From NCBI GenBank assembly GCA_048013815.1, contig CM106585.1, positions 5,208,001-5,272,000 of the forward strand: a stretch of DNA of 64,000 bases, given 5' to 3'. The notes under the pieces were generated by a model. The model saw nothing but the letters and a program-made list of their open reading frames with translations, was not told the origin of the DNA and made no database searches. Source of the DNA: Setoptus koraiensis. Lineage: Eukaryota > Animalia > Arthropoda. Positions 13,057 through 25,486 of this stretch are shown piece by piece (position 1 is the first letter of the stretch; each line of letters starts with the position of its first letter). The position numbers and the translations under genes are program-made.

Positions 13057-13335
13057 GAAAACTTTTTGCTAATTCCTTTTCCAATTCATAATGTATAGGG
13101 CACGACTATTCGGACCTCACTCGATGTAAGCTAGCTAACCACTAACATCCACTCTTATGATAAACCCATTACAAACGACATTTTCTGTTTATTTGTTTTT
13201 GCTCGTCACAAGCTTGTCAAACACATAAACATAAGGATACTTCCTTGTAGTGCGTGACTGTATCTTATATGGGACCCCCGAACTGTATCAAAGAGGATTG
13301 TCTTCCACACACCGATAACTAGCAAACATAAGATA

Positions 13336-14363
13336 ATGGCTTCTGGTCCAAAGAAGAGGGATGTTATTGTGATTGGTGCTGGGCTCAGTGGTAAGTAGCA
13401 TGATAAACCTCAGATTTGTAGCTTGGAAAAGTAGAAAAAAGAACTCTGCCAGTTTTAGTCAAGTTTCTACTCTGCTGATGATCACTAGCAATCAAAAGAG
13501 TGATGACAATACTAGAGCCTATAGAAATTACTAGATTAACTTGAGTGGTCACACAGAAAATTTGAGTACCCGTCTCATCTCATTGCGATGTAGTGGAGGT
13601 GCAAGCGAGTTAATAAAAGTGAATGGTGACAAATGCTTTGTAATCTCTTACATGCGAGTAATTTTTGCATGGATATTAATATTGTGAGGTTGTCTTCTGA
13701 GCAAGACGACTAATAACGGTTAATGGTGGCAAAACACACCAAACACCAAATAACATAGAGATTTTATCAGGGAACAATCAACTATTGATAGCCGATGTAT
13801 AATAGTATGGTGGTGATGCTGCCAAGCAGATTAGCTGGATGTTACAGACATTCATACTTTATAGATGCATATAAAGTAAACTGCTTGCATAAACTGCAGG
13901 CTGTGTGTGTTGTATAACTGCAGTGAGTGTTTTACAAGTTCACTGCTCTTTTCTGCCAATGAGAATCACACCACATCATTTGCGCAGAAATATAACCTCA
14001 TTCTTTGTGGCAATGTCTATACGGTCTAAAATTCTACAACGGTTGGCGTACAAAATACAATATCATAATTATTATTATTATTATTATATTGAAAATACAA
14101 ACAGATATTTTTATTAGTATTATTCGATATCTCTATCATTCTATTATTTGGTGACCATTATCTTAAATTAAATAATTGTGATGCCACATTCTAAACCGTA
14201 GATTGTTGTTACTGTAGTGCCATAGTTATTATATCATATTACATTATCGATAGATATCAAACTGAACACAACAGAAATCTATAACACCAACCATAGCACT
14301 ACTAGTAATAGCAACCACGACAGAAACCACGGCAACCACAAGAAAAAAAATAACACCACCAAA

Positions 14364-14404
<41 letters not shown>

Positions 14405-17400
14405 CAATCGGAATTATGGATTGTAATAATATTTGAACACTACCATTATCATTATTAGTAATATTATTATTAATATTAGTTGGCAGACTGTTATGTTGCA
14501 CCTCAATGGAAACACGACCTTTCAAATTGAGAAAAGTCACAGTATCTCTACCTCGTGATGCTGCTAATAGATTGCGTCATCTAGCTCAAAGAGGTGATAA
14601 TGCCTTAATAGAACTTGGTATCTTATCTGTCCAATTAGAAGGAGATGAAGCAATATCATTGATGATAGAGCCATCAATGCCTCTAGGTGAAATTGTTACG
14701 CCTCCTGATGAACCTATCAGTAGTAGTGAAACACCACCTACGTTCGCATCATTTGATGATGTGCCAATAAACGCAACCAGTGCAAATCAAGCTAGTTGTA
14801 TGACATCATTGATCAATGCACCATCAGAATCGGTCCCGTACAATACAAACTGTGATATACAGATGCCTCAGATCGAGCCTTCAGATACACCCGACTTGTT
14901 AAGCATAAATGACAATGAATTTTGTTCTTTATTACATTTCGATACTAACAAAAGTTTAAGGTTAAATAACGACCATCACCATCATCACCACCACCATCAC
15001 CACCATCATCATCATAATCAAAACTCTATGTCATTATTGGAATTAGATGACACCTCGCTACTTCACTCTACGGATTTTCATGCTGCTGATTTTATGACTA
15101 TCGATGGTCTGAATGATGAGATAGCAAACGAATATGACTATCATTAGGTGTATCTTTTAAGAACAAGAAAATATATATATGTATATGTATAGGTATATAT
15201 ATATATATATTTATATATTATATCTATAGATACACACATATATATACATACATAAATATATATATATATATAAATATAATAGAGCGTACAGGTTGTGTCT
15301 TATTCTTGCAACTAAACAGCCAACCCCCTTCCCCCTGGGATCAAAATGAAACAATTCTTTAGCGTAACTAACCAAGTTCTTGTGACTATCAGATCGACAA
15401 TTTTGAAATAATGATATCGATGGGCAACGGCATATATATACACATACATACACTGATATATGTATGCATCGATCATGTTCATATATATCAGATTCACAAA
15501 TAAAATAAGTTGCAAATAACTAGATTAATATCCATTGAAGCATTTGCAGGCACATGTATCTCAATGGATTTCAAACTCTAACGTACAGACTGAGACTCTC
15601 CAATGATCTATCTCGTACCTCACTCCTTTATTTGGCCCTCTTACATCATTCAGTATATCTATCTTTATCATAGAACAATACTTTGAACATCTATTTTGCC
15701 TTATTCTCATGAAACTGACTCACCTAACTCTGTGGAAATACTTGTATTATCATCCATTCTTTCAGGTTTAGCAGCGGCAAAATTGTTGACAGAAAACGGA
15801 CTTGACGTAATTGTCCTTGAGGCTAGAGACCGTGTAGGTGGACGTACCCATACTACACTAAATTCACAAAATAAACTATGGATAGACCTCGGAGCTTCTT
15901 ATGTGGGGCCAACACAAGACTGTATATTAAGATTGATTGAAGAGTTCGGATTGGAGACTTATCCGGTAGACGAGACAAAATCTCTGGCTTATCTGGCCAC
16001 GAAATCACCTGTCAAACTTATACAGTCGGTTTTCGGCGAAGAAAAAAATGACTCTGATGGACAACAGATATTGAAAGTTAGACAAAAATGTATGACCGCG
16101 GCAAATAACAATAGTAGAGTATCGAGAAGGTCCAAGTTTTCCAATGAAGATCCGTTTCCTATTGGAGGCTTCTTCACCCAATTGGATTTAAATCACGTTG
16201 TTCGACTCATCGATTATATGGGGCGCCAAATTCCTTCCGACGCTCCATGGCAATGCCCGTATGCTTATGAATGGGATGCAATAACGGTCCGACAATTCAT
16301 AGATAAAGTTGCCTGGACGAAGGATGTCAAAGATTTCATGCATAATGTATTTGTCAGCGTTGATGTTTGTTGCGAATCAACTGACGCGTCTCTACTTTGG
16401 TTCCTTTGGTATGTCAAGCAATGTGGTGGTTTTGGTCGATCCATAGCAACTACCAATGGTGGTCAGGAGCGTAAGATCAAGGGTGGCACTCAACAAATTA
16501 GCTGTAAAATCAAAGAGAAACTCGGTAACAATAGAGTATTACTCAATAAACCCGTACATAAGATCGATCAAACATTGGGCCCGCTGGTCGTCGTAAATAC
16601 CTTAGATGGAAGCCAGTATCGAGCAGATTACGTAATAATTGCTTTGTCGCCACACCTCCAGTTGAAGATGCACTATGCTCCACCCCTTCCTCCTGAAAAG
16701 AATCTACTTGCTCAACGTAGTCCCATGGGAATGGTGGCCAAAATAATACTGTATTATGAGACAGAATTTTGGAAAGAAAAAGGTTATTGTGGCTCATTCG
16801 TCATACAATCTGAAGACCATGTTAACTATCCAGTCATGTTAGGGCTCAACGAAACTAAACCTGACGGGAGTCATCCTGCTATCATTGGTTTCATAACGGC
16901 ACGATACTGGTATGAAACGCGCCATATGTCAAAAGAGGAGAAGGCTAGATGTGTCGCCAGAAGCTTTGCTCAAGCTACAGGGTGCGAAGAGTTCCTTACG
17001 CCGATACACGTTGAACATTTCGATTGGACTTGTGAGCAATATTCCGGTGGTTGTTACACAACATACTACCCTACAGGTGTTCTTAGTAAATTTGGTCCCT
17101 ACTTGAGGCAACCATTCGGTCGTATCTATTATGCTGGAACCGAGACAGCAATCAAATGGTCCGGTTACATGGATGGAGCAGTTAGTGCGGGCGAAAGAGC
17201 AGCTAGAGAGATCTTGCACAAGCTTGGTAGACTGGACGAAAGTCAGATTTGGCAAGTTGAACCGCCTTCGACTACGGTTCCACCTAGAGAATTTAACTAC
17301 TCTTGGTGGCAATTGAACTCACCATCTATAGATTCAATTGTCAAAACAATATCAGGTACGGCTTTGATAGCGTTAATCTTTGTCCCATTTTACTTGCGTA

Positions 17401-17417
17401 ATTACACATGTCGTTGA
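13336..17417 (+). CDS. MAO: Flavin-containing monoamine oxidase (MAO-A/B-like, C-terminal membrane anchor), join(13336..13390,15766..17417), 568 aa
   Basis: Exon 1 MASGPKKRDVIVIGAGLS (donor G|GTAAGT at 13391) joins TTTCAG|GT to rebuild the FAD motif GAGLSGLAAA...EARDRVGGR. Also SGGCY (covalent FAD Cys), AGTETA, GYMDGAV and a C-terminal hydrophobic helix. Confidence 0.95.
14245..14252. promoter_or_regulatory. Possible DRE (TATCGATA) upstream of the nested NCOA6-like ORF
   Basis: Perfect palindrome ~260 bp before ATG 14506. An 8-mer can occur by chance in AT-rich DNA. Confidence 0.3.
14506..15147 (+). CDS. NCOA6: Miniature NCOA6-like protein (N-terminal TRADD-N-like domain fragment, poly-His, acidic tail), nested in MAO intron 1
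   Basis: RKVTVSLPRDAANRLRHLAQRGDNALIELGILSVQLEGDEAISL closely matches remembered human NCOA6 [45 protein letters not shown]. 213-aa ORF with a 14-His run; AATAAA at ~15499. Confidence 0.75.
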   Translation: METRPFKLRKVTVSLPRDAANRLRHLAQRGDNALIELGILSVQLEGDEAISLMIEPSMPLGEIVTPPDEPISSSETPPTFASFDDVPINATSANQASCMTSLINAPSESVPYNTNCDIQMPQIEPSDTPDLLSINDNEFCSLLHFDTNKSLRLNNDHHHHHHHHHHHHHHNQNSMSLLELDDTSLLHSTDFHAADFMTIDGLNDEIANEYDYH

Positions 17418-18305
17418 TAATTACGACAATAGCATTTTATTCTAGTCAAATTTGCTAGTCATCTTACTTACAACTAAGCAAATACAATACACACTTCTAG
17501 TTAAAGACATTATACTGTATTACATACATTGTTTGCTAGCAACAGACCAGTTGAAGTACAGAATATGCTTCATACATATAACTACCAATTCAAATAAACT
17601 GCTTCTTTAGTGATAGAACTATTATAGTTTTAATCTTTATGGCAATATTTTCTTTGGAATGAGTGGAAGAAATTCTCTCGAAGGAACAGTCAAATGAAGT
17701 AGCCGCTTCGATGATTATTGCCTAGTTGCCGACATACATGGAACGAATAAAAGTGCTACTTGGTCATCAAATTTATCCCTTTACAGAAGGTGTCATCTCA
17801 GACTATTCAGATTCATTTATTTTTGATGATTGGATCGAGACCAGCTCCGGTTAAATGTTGCATGCAAAAGAGGACAAGTAAAATGTAGATAAGTTTTGGA
17901 TGGTTCAGTGGTCAACAAGTGGTAGATTTTTCAAGGTTTGTTGCGTGAATCTCACTACTTAAGAGCTCTTTGATCCCATGCACTTCCTCCGTTCTCTCAT
18001 CATCAATGTGTGCTATCAGCAGTTAGTGTCGAATAAAAGTTAGAATAGAGACTTGTTATAACAAGACTTCACTTTTGCTGATTAGAATACCTCATCAAAT
18101 AGAGTGCTAATAAAACGCGATCTAAACATATGAATGATTCTCAAATGATTTCGTGACTACAAGGTGAGTGATTGGATTGTTATTGTGTTGTATTGTTAAC
18201 ATTGGTTATCATGAAGTTGCATAGGATCAGGTATAGGATGGCATAGTAGGTAGATTATCTGAGACTACTATTATGCAATTGTTTTTTATTTGTTGTTGTT
18301 GTTGT

Positions 18306-18425
<120 letters not shown>

Positions 18426-21400
18426 CACTCATCATCCCAAGCAGCAAGTGTTCGATGATGAAAGCTATCGACCGGCGATCGAGCTTGTTTAATTTCATTT
18501 ATTGAACCATCACAAGATATGAGACAGACGATCTCTAATGATCAAAACTACTATAATCATTGTACACAGTTCAATATCATTCTATTTTTGCTACCGCTAT
18601 TACTTGGTACTTTATTTTTGCAGTGCCCGGTGAGAATTACTTACCACTAACTAGCTATGGAGTGGAATCTTTTTTTGATTTACGTCGTTAGAAGCCGTCG
18701 TCGCGTTTAGTGAAGGCGGTCAACGTAAAAGTCACAGGCTCAATCGTTCACTTTATTATGTGTCGCCATTTCGTGTCTAAGGGCCACATCATGATTGTAT
18801 GAGAAGAAGACCACTAATCAGAGAATTGTATGTACAACTAGTTTAACCGCCTCTTTGAATCATGCAGTTCTGCCGCTGCTGCCGTTGTTGTTGTTGAATG
18901 AATAAATTTTCTGATGATCTATACAAAAGCAACTATGCTCATGATGATGATGAAATGTAAGGGCGAGAAGTAGTGGAAGTTGCTATAGCCTCTCAAGTAA
19001 GAGTATTATATCTTCTTCGTTTTGAACAGAAACCTAGATAACTCTAAGTAGACTCTGCGTGCTATCATGTATTAGTAGTTAGTGGCGAGTTGGGCAAGTA
19101 TTTCAGCCCTCTAGCCAGTTTGTTAATATTAATAGTTGCTGACTAATGGTCGAACAATTGTTGCTGTTATCATTGAAAGAAGCAACTTTTTTGGCTAGCT
19201 ACTTTTAGCCTTACCATCTAACCAATGTGAAAGTGGTCTTGTTGCAGCTGTGTGGTGGTGAAAAGAATCTTCGAAAAAGAGTTCATGCTTAAACAGTTAT
19301 TTGTTACCATCATCATTACCATACTAACGTTATATAGAGGCTTCATTTTCGATCTCCACCTTTAACTTTTTTTCTTCTTCTTTTTTTCTCTCTGGTTATC
19401 TTATTCGTCTTCTTTTTTTATCTTTTGTTCTTGATCATCCTCATAGCAACAATCAGTAACATTTCACTCTTACACGATGTCTAGACAGTTACTTTTGATG
19501 TATTGGTGTAGACTTGAACATGGCAATTGAGGGGTATCGGCCAGCTACCTATGACCGACAAAGATAGAAGAACTTTTCTCACACATAAAAGATTGGTAAT
19601 GGACCAGGTTAACTACAACATCTACAGTGGCTTCAACTGTAAGTGTGCATATGTATGTACAAGACAACAACACAGCAAAACATTTCTGCTGGGGCTACCT
19701 CAAAAAGATAATGACCATGTGATTTCTTCAGCTAACCAATAACAATAACATAGTGGCTTATAGGAAACGGGACGCTTGGTTTTATCAATCGGTTTGCGCC
19801 ATTTTGTCTATACATCGAGTTGTGTTTTGCTTGGTAGTGTATCTGCCAATATACAAAGAACAGCACTACAACCATTCGAAAGTAAATTCACTTTTGTTCC
19901 CTGTCAGCATGTCAGAATGCTCAATACAATTACAAAATAAATAGTCGATTTGACAACAGCATAGGCGCTGACTCATTCAGGTAACATCTCACCGATGAGT
20001 TATGATGTTGTAAAAAACTGTAGTGTATATGCGACAAAAGGAATAGAGAATGACGAAAACTTGTAGAACTTTTATCATAATCAACAACAATAACTAACAA
20101 GCTAATGTGGACCACATGACTCATGACTGATGGTGTTACATTTATATATTTGCTGTTTGTTGTTGGGGTTGACTGAGTTGTTGCATCTAGTGAAAACTAG
20201 TCTGAGCGGTGCTCATTAGAGACTCGACCATTTCGTTGGCTGCAATTCTCTCTGGCTCTCCTTCTCATGCCAAGACAGGGAGAGAGAGTGTTTGTCGGAG
20301 CAGTTGTTGGTATGTATTACAACCATTAGTGAAGAGATCTCTCAGGAAGTTTATGTATTTGAACTAAGAATAGGGTATAAAAAAACTCTCTCATTCTATG
20401 AAGGTAGGCAAGGATTAAGTAGTTAGCGAATTAGGTGAGATAGGTGGATTAGATCATTGCGACGGGGGCTGAGGGCGAGCGAGGGGGGAATAAATAATGT
20501 AAACTGCATGCAATAGTGTTATAGTAAGACAAGAAGAATAAGAACAACGACAAAACTATAATAATACACATATAATAGTGGTAATAATCGATGCAGCGAT
20601 AGCAATAAATAAAAGATTAAAAGGAACGAAGAAAAGAAGGAGAAGTAAAAGATATCTCTCTGTTGGATCTGTTCAAAGTTAGCACAGTTGTTGGTGTCTG
20701 TGCAGGAGCAGAAAAGAGTGCGCCTACTCAGAAGTGCGCAAACGACGGCAATTACAACAGTGTTGCACTGAAACAACTGTAATTTGCGCATTTGGACAAG
20801 GGCAGTTTTCAGTTGAGAATTCTGAACTGACAATTCTAGAGGCATCGATCCGAGACACCTTCTGTGCACATCTGCTATGCACATTTACATCATTGACACA
20901 ATACTGCTCACAATGGCGCTTTTCAAAACTGCAACACCTTCACTGTTTTCCAGTGTGTTTTCATTTGAGTCAAATAATTTGTCTGTGTGAGTGTGTGTGT
21001 AACATTAACCTCTCAATGTAAAGTGCGTTCCCTCTTTGGATACTCTAACACTACAGAGTAGTGATAATCGCACACATTGAGAAGGCAACACATAAATAAA
21101 ATCAGAGGAGATATTCATTCATGTGTGCTGATACTACACACAACAGCCTGAATAGAAAATACAACCAACAACAACAACAACCACCACCGCCGCCGCCACC
21201 ACCACAGTGAAACAACGAAAACAACGACGCTATCGAGAGGCATTCGGCCACAATAGAGGAAAAAGAATAGAATAATAGTAATAATAAGAATTCTTTCTTC
21301 GTTATTCAATTCTATTTTATCTTGCATTCATAATAGCTTAATTATTCATCATACTCTCTCAGACAAGGACCAATGCATAGGAATTATACACATCACACCA

Positions 21401-22225
21401 CATTCATCCATCTTGTTGTGTGCATCAGAAGAATAATTATCAGCAGCGCATTATTACATATATTAGCGGAGAAAGCGTTGATGAATAAATTGATTTAGGG
21501 GAAGGCGCAAAAGATAGAATCACCGACATACAACAAACAACACCAAGTGAAATCTAATAATATCCATCACTATTATTGTTACTCTTTCTATTGTCGAATC
21601 AACGGCTAGGTACCAAAAAGCTGATAATTATCTCAGTTGTTGTCATTTGCTTGGCTCAATTGGCTTATTGATAAAAGCAAGGGAGCCAAACAAAAAGAAA
21701 AACAGTAGCTTTATTTGCAACAATAATGGCCGCCAATAATAACTACTGAGCGATCTAAAGTCTCCATTGTAGCTATTGAAGCTAGATCCAGTGATTGCTT
21801 GCACATAAAGCTAAACAAAATCGTCTGTGTGTGTGCCTGTGTGACTAATTACAAGAATGATGATCGTTATCGACACAAAACATTATGATCAAATAATTAG
21901 TTCAGCAACCCACCACTGCTGATTATCAAACAATACCTATCATTACTACAATGTAACTTTCCAAAAGAGAAAATCGCAAATTTTTTCCAACTACGACACT
22001 CAAACACAGTTCATTCCTACCAGCGATCATGACTACTCAAGAGTTATAATTCACCCATTGTCAACTAGTGTTTAGATCGGACATTCTCCATGGTTAAACG
22101 CCGCCAAAGACTTAAGTATCACTTCAACAAACTAGAAGAATTTTGTTCTTATCACAAATAATACCATCAATTGTGATATTAGCACCCATCTAAATAGTGA
22201 TACGTACTGTTATAGTCAGACAAAA

Positions 22226-24055
22226 ATGCAATCTACTGGTGTAGTAGATCTCTTGCCATCTAACCAGGAGGTAGTGGACCAGAAGGTCGGATCTTCTATC
22301 AAGGATCACACCGTCGAAGTGAAACAACACAAATCACACGGCTCTGATAGTAATAATATCAATCGAAACAATTCAAAATCAATTACAGACACTACAACAA
22401 CTACAACAACTCCTACCAAAATACCAACTGCTGCAATTAATAATCGCACTTCTGGAATACCACCAAGATCTGAAATCTTCAAACGGGTTACAACATGTAG
22501 TATCAGCAAACCTGATCAAACACCTAATAATCGTTTGAATGGTCTCAATTCATCAGCCAAGACCCACGATGGCCGACTCTCAACCATGAAGAGCTTACAA
22601 CCATCAAATAAATTTTCAACTGCAACTAGTCGGACTTTATCCACGATGAAACCAAGCTTAAAGAGTGGTTTACCAGCATCACGTATTGTCACAACAAATC
22701 TTAAAGCACCAAAGTCAAATTGTCCCTTTAGTAATAATAATACCATCGTCAACAACAATAATAACCCTCATAGCCGAAACCAAAATTCTGTTTTTGTAGC
22801 TCCCAAGAGCACGCGTGAAGGAGTTAAAAACTCCAGTCATAAGGCAGCGCCAAATAACTCGATTCTGGTCACTCCTTGCGTGCCCATCAAATCAAGATCC
22901 TCGTCGATTGTTTCATCTGTATCATCGGTAGCAACTGCACAACCTACACCTTCTACCACAAATAATAACACTGCGAATACAGTTAACCCGCCAGCTACTC
23001 AAAGAAAGGGTCTAGCGAAATTTTCCAATCCAATAGAATGTCAACGTCAATTCCAAACTTTATCATTGAAAATTCGAAAACTCAATGAAATTGTAGAAGC
23101 AAGAGAAAAGGAACAAGACATTCTCCAGGAAAAGTTAGATCGGGCCTCCCTTCGGGGAACAGGCTACGCTGTTGTCGCACAATATTTCGCTTGCAAACTT
23201 AAATTAGATCAACCAGAAAATCTTATGCAGGAATGTACAAACTTGAAAATAAGGCTGAAAGAGTTGCTCATCAGAGAAAGTCAAGTTAAAGAAGCGGAGC
23301 AAGCTATTATTGATGACTTTAACCAAAAACTGAAAACCTCAAATGATCTCAAAGACCAAATATCAAAAGAACTCGATCTGGCTAAGAAGGAACATTCCGA
23401 TAATTTAGAGGAAATCAATAAAAAACGGCAGAAAGAAATTGATGATCTCAATGAAAACAACCAAATTCTTAAAGAGCGTTTGGAATCTAGAATAAGTGAA
23501 CTAGAATCGGATCTTAATGCAAAATCAACCGAATTGACCCAAATGCGCGAAGACTATAGTAATCTAAGGCACAATTATGATCACTTAGAAGAAACTTTAA
23601 CTAAAGATAAAGATTCACGAATGAAGTATGCTCAGGAAAGGATCACTCAATTACAAAAAGATGTGGAGTCGTTAACAACTGTAATGGAGATGCGCCAGGA
23701 ACGGCTCCATCAGTTGGAGAAAGATAATCTTGGCTACTTAGAATGTCAGAACGAACTTAAAGCGCACAAAGAAGTAATTAAGAGTCTAAATCAACAACTA
23801 GAGTCCATCAATGCGGCCTTGGATAGAAAAAGAGAACAATTCAAGAATTTGTTATGTGAAAACGAAAGACTTAAACAAGAACTTGAATTAGAGAACAAGG
23901 AGAGAAGGAGGATCAAAATGAGGACTGAGCAACTAGAATATGTATTAAATGAATCATGCTCATCTGACACTGCATCAAATTTTAACACCAGTGTTAACAA
24001 TAGTAGCGTCATGTTATCAACTTCTCCCAGATCCCAACCATTTGAAGCATCCTAG
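22226..24055 (+). CDS. MTUS1/MTUS2/CCDC69-like microtubule-associated coiled-coil protein, 609 aa
   Basis: S/T/P/K-rich N-half, then a long coiled coil with GYAVVAQYF, DVESLTTVMEMRQERLHQLE and ENKERRRIKMRTEQLEYVL. These resemble MTUS motifs (FEALTVVIQHL, ELESLKAVLEIKNEKLHQ, NKRLSMENEELLWKL). Upstream exons are possible. Confidence 0.7.
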   Translation: MQSTGVVDLLPSNQEVVDQKVGSSIKDHTVEVKQHKSHGSDSNNINRNNSKSITDTTTTTTTPTKIPTAAINNRTSGIPPRSEIFKRVTTCSISKPDQTPNNRLNGLNSSAKTHDGRLSTMKSLQPSNKFSTATSRTLSTMKPSLKSGLPASRIVTTNLKAPKSNCPFSNNNTIVNNNNNPHSRNQNSVFVAPKSTREGVKNSSHKAAPNNSILVTPCVPIKSRSSSIVSSVSSVATAQPTPSTTNNNTANTVNPPATQRKGLAKFSNPIECQRQFQTLSLKIRKLNEIVEAREKEQDILQEKLDRASLRGTGYAVVAQYFACKLKLDQPENLMQECTNLKIRLKELLIRESQVKEAEQAIIDDFNQKLKTSNDLKDQISKELDLAKKEHSDNLEEINKKRQKEIDDLNENNQILKERLESRISELESDLNAKSTELTQMREDYSNLRHNYDHLEETLTKDKDSRMKYAQERITQLQKDVESLTTVMEMRQERLHQLEKDNLGYLECQNELKAHKEVIKSLNQQLESINAALDRKREQFKNLLCENERLKQELELENKERRRIKMRTEQLEYVLNESCSSDTASNFNTSVNNSSVMLSTSPRSQPFEAS

Positions 24056-24140
24056 GACTTGGAATTATCTTAGTATTTTTATGAATATTACTTTCATTTT
24101 CGTTTAAATGAAACAGAAACAATAAAATGTGTTGTTTATC

Positions 24141-25133
24141 TCAGAGTATACCTTCCGAGAACCATCGTTCAAAGTAGAGGCATTTTTGAGGCGAAATCAC
24201 AGCATTTGATCGACATTCTTGGATAGATGGGCACTGTCCACACGGTACTCGCATCAGTCCGGCTGGCATTATCAATTTATTGAGCGCCCTGTAGTACTTC
24301 CTGCCAACGGCATCTTCAATGTCATCTTCTTCTTCAGAAGTTGTGGCCTCCTCAGCAGGTCGAGATTTTGTAGGCACGGGTGGTGGACATTCTCCTGGGC
24401 CAAATGTTACTCTTTCTATTAATCCATCGTAAACAATAGTCTCTAAAACCATCTCGATATCTTGAGTTGATAACACTACGCGGCTAATCTTGAGTTGGTC
24501 TATGTAGTCTTTAATTTCAGCGGATGAAAGAACTGACATTCTACGTTTCGTTTCAATGTCTTTCATATCCGCGACGCTTTCCAGACGCTTTTGGATAAAT
24601 CGGTAACACTGGTCATATAATATATCAACATACTCAGATTCGAACTCTGTTTCCGAGTACCATGCGCCACCTGTAACTGATTTGTCTGGTTCAACATTGT
24701 ACAGCATGTAAACTTTTCTTTTCGAGGCTGCCACAGATTTCACTGCTTTTATGAGTTTTCTAGTCTCTAAGCTTTTTAAAACTTTACTCAATTGTGTGAG
24801 TGGCAGCTTAGTTTGAGTACGGATATCTTTGTTCCATATGCCTTTGTTGCCTGAATTCTTTATTACATTGTAAACTGCCTTTTCTTCTATTGTACCAGAG
24901 GAAATACTAGATGCACCAGAATCTGCCTCTAAAAACTTGTATACGAGCTCTGATCCTCTCCTGCAAATCTGAATTTTGGCATCTGCTGTGAGTAAATTGA
25001 TTGCTTGCATTCGACTCATAGGTTCCGTGGTAGACATCACTTTAGCTAGTTCTGCCTCTGATATTCCAGATTCGTGCGCTTTACACAATTCAAGAATCTC
25101 GGTCTTGATGGTCTCCATCTTTTTGTCGTCCAT
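24141..25133 (-). CDS. POLR3F: RNA polymerase III subunit RPC6 (RPC39/C34), intronless, 330 aa
   Basis: Winged-helix repeats (GNKGIWNKDIR, LKSLETRKLIKAVKSV), PDKSVTGGAWY and a C-terminal Fe-S cluster motif (PCGQCP...C...C). Confidence 0.96.
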   Translation of the reverse strand: MDDKKMETIKTEILELCKAHESGISEAELAKVMSTTEPMSRMQAINLLTADAKIQICRRGSELVYKFLEADSGASSISSGTIEEKAVYNVIKNSGNKGIWNKDIRTQTKLPLTQLSKVLKSLETRKLIKAVKSVAASKRKVYMLYNVEPDKSVTGGAWYSETEFESEYVDILYDQCYRFIQKRLESVADMKDIETKRRMSVLSSAEIKDYIDQLKISRVVLSTQDIEMVLETIVYDGLIERVTFGPGECPPPVPTKSRPAEEATTSEEEDDIEDAVGRKYYRALNKLIMPAGLMRVPCGQCPSIQECRSNAVISPQKCLYFERWFSEGIL

Positions 25134-25486
25134 ATTGTTTGATTTGTGTGTGTATTTTCTGGCAGAGAGAACAACCCAATTATTAAATTAGACAATAAAC
25201 GAAACCAATTGCCTAAATGTGTGAAATGAATATCAAGAAACACTGAAGCGATGTATCAAATGTATGTTCATTTCGGAATCTGTGGTCGGGCATTTATAGC
25301 GGATCAGCTGATCAAAGTACGTGCGCGGCGACATGTGCTTGGTAAATGTTTTTCGTTCTTCCATTTCATTTGTAAATGAAACACGTTACCGTACGATAAG
25401 AACCTCTCAAACGTCACTTGCAACACTTGTATCATTTATTTATTTACTCATTAAACTGATATTAGATCGTCACACTATTATCAATT

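Noticed and set aside
15170-15490. TA/TG-rich quasi-palindromes downstream of the NCOA6-like ORF
   Set aside because: Self-complementarity is expected from (TA)n microsatellites; no evidence of a defined hairpin.
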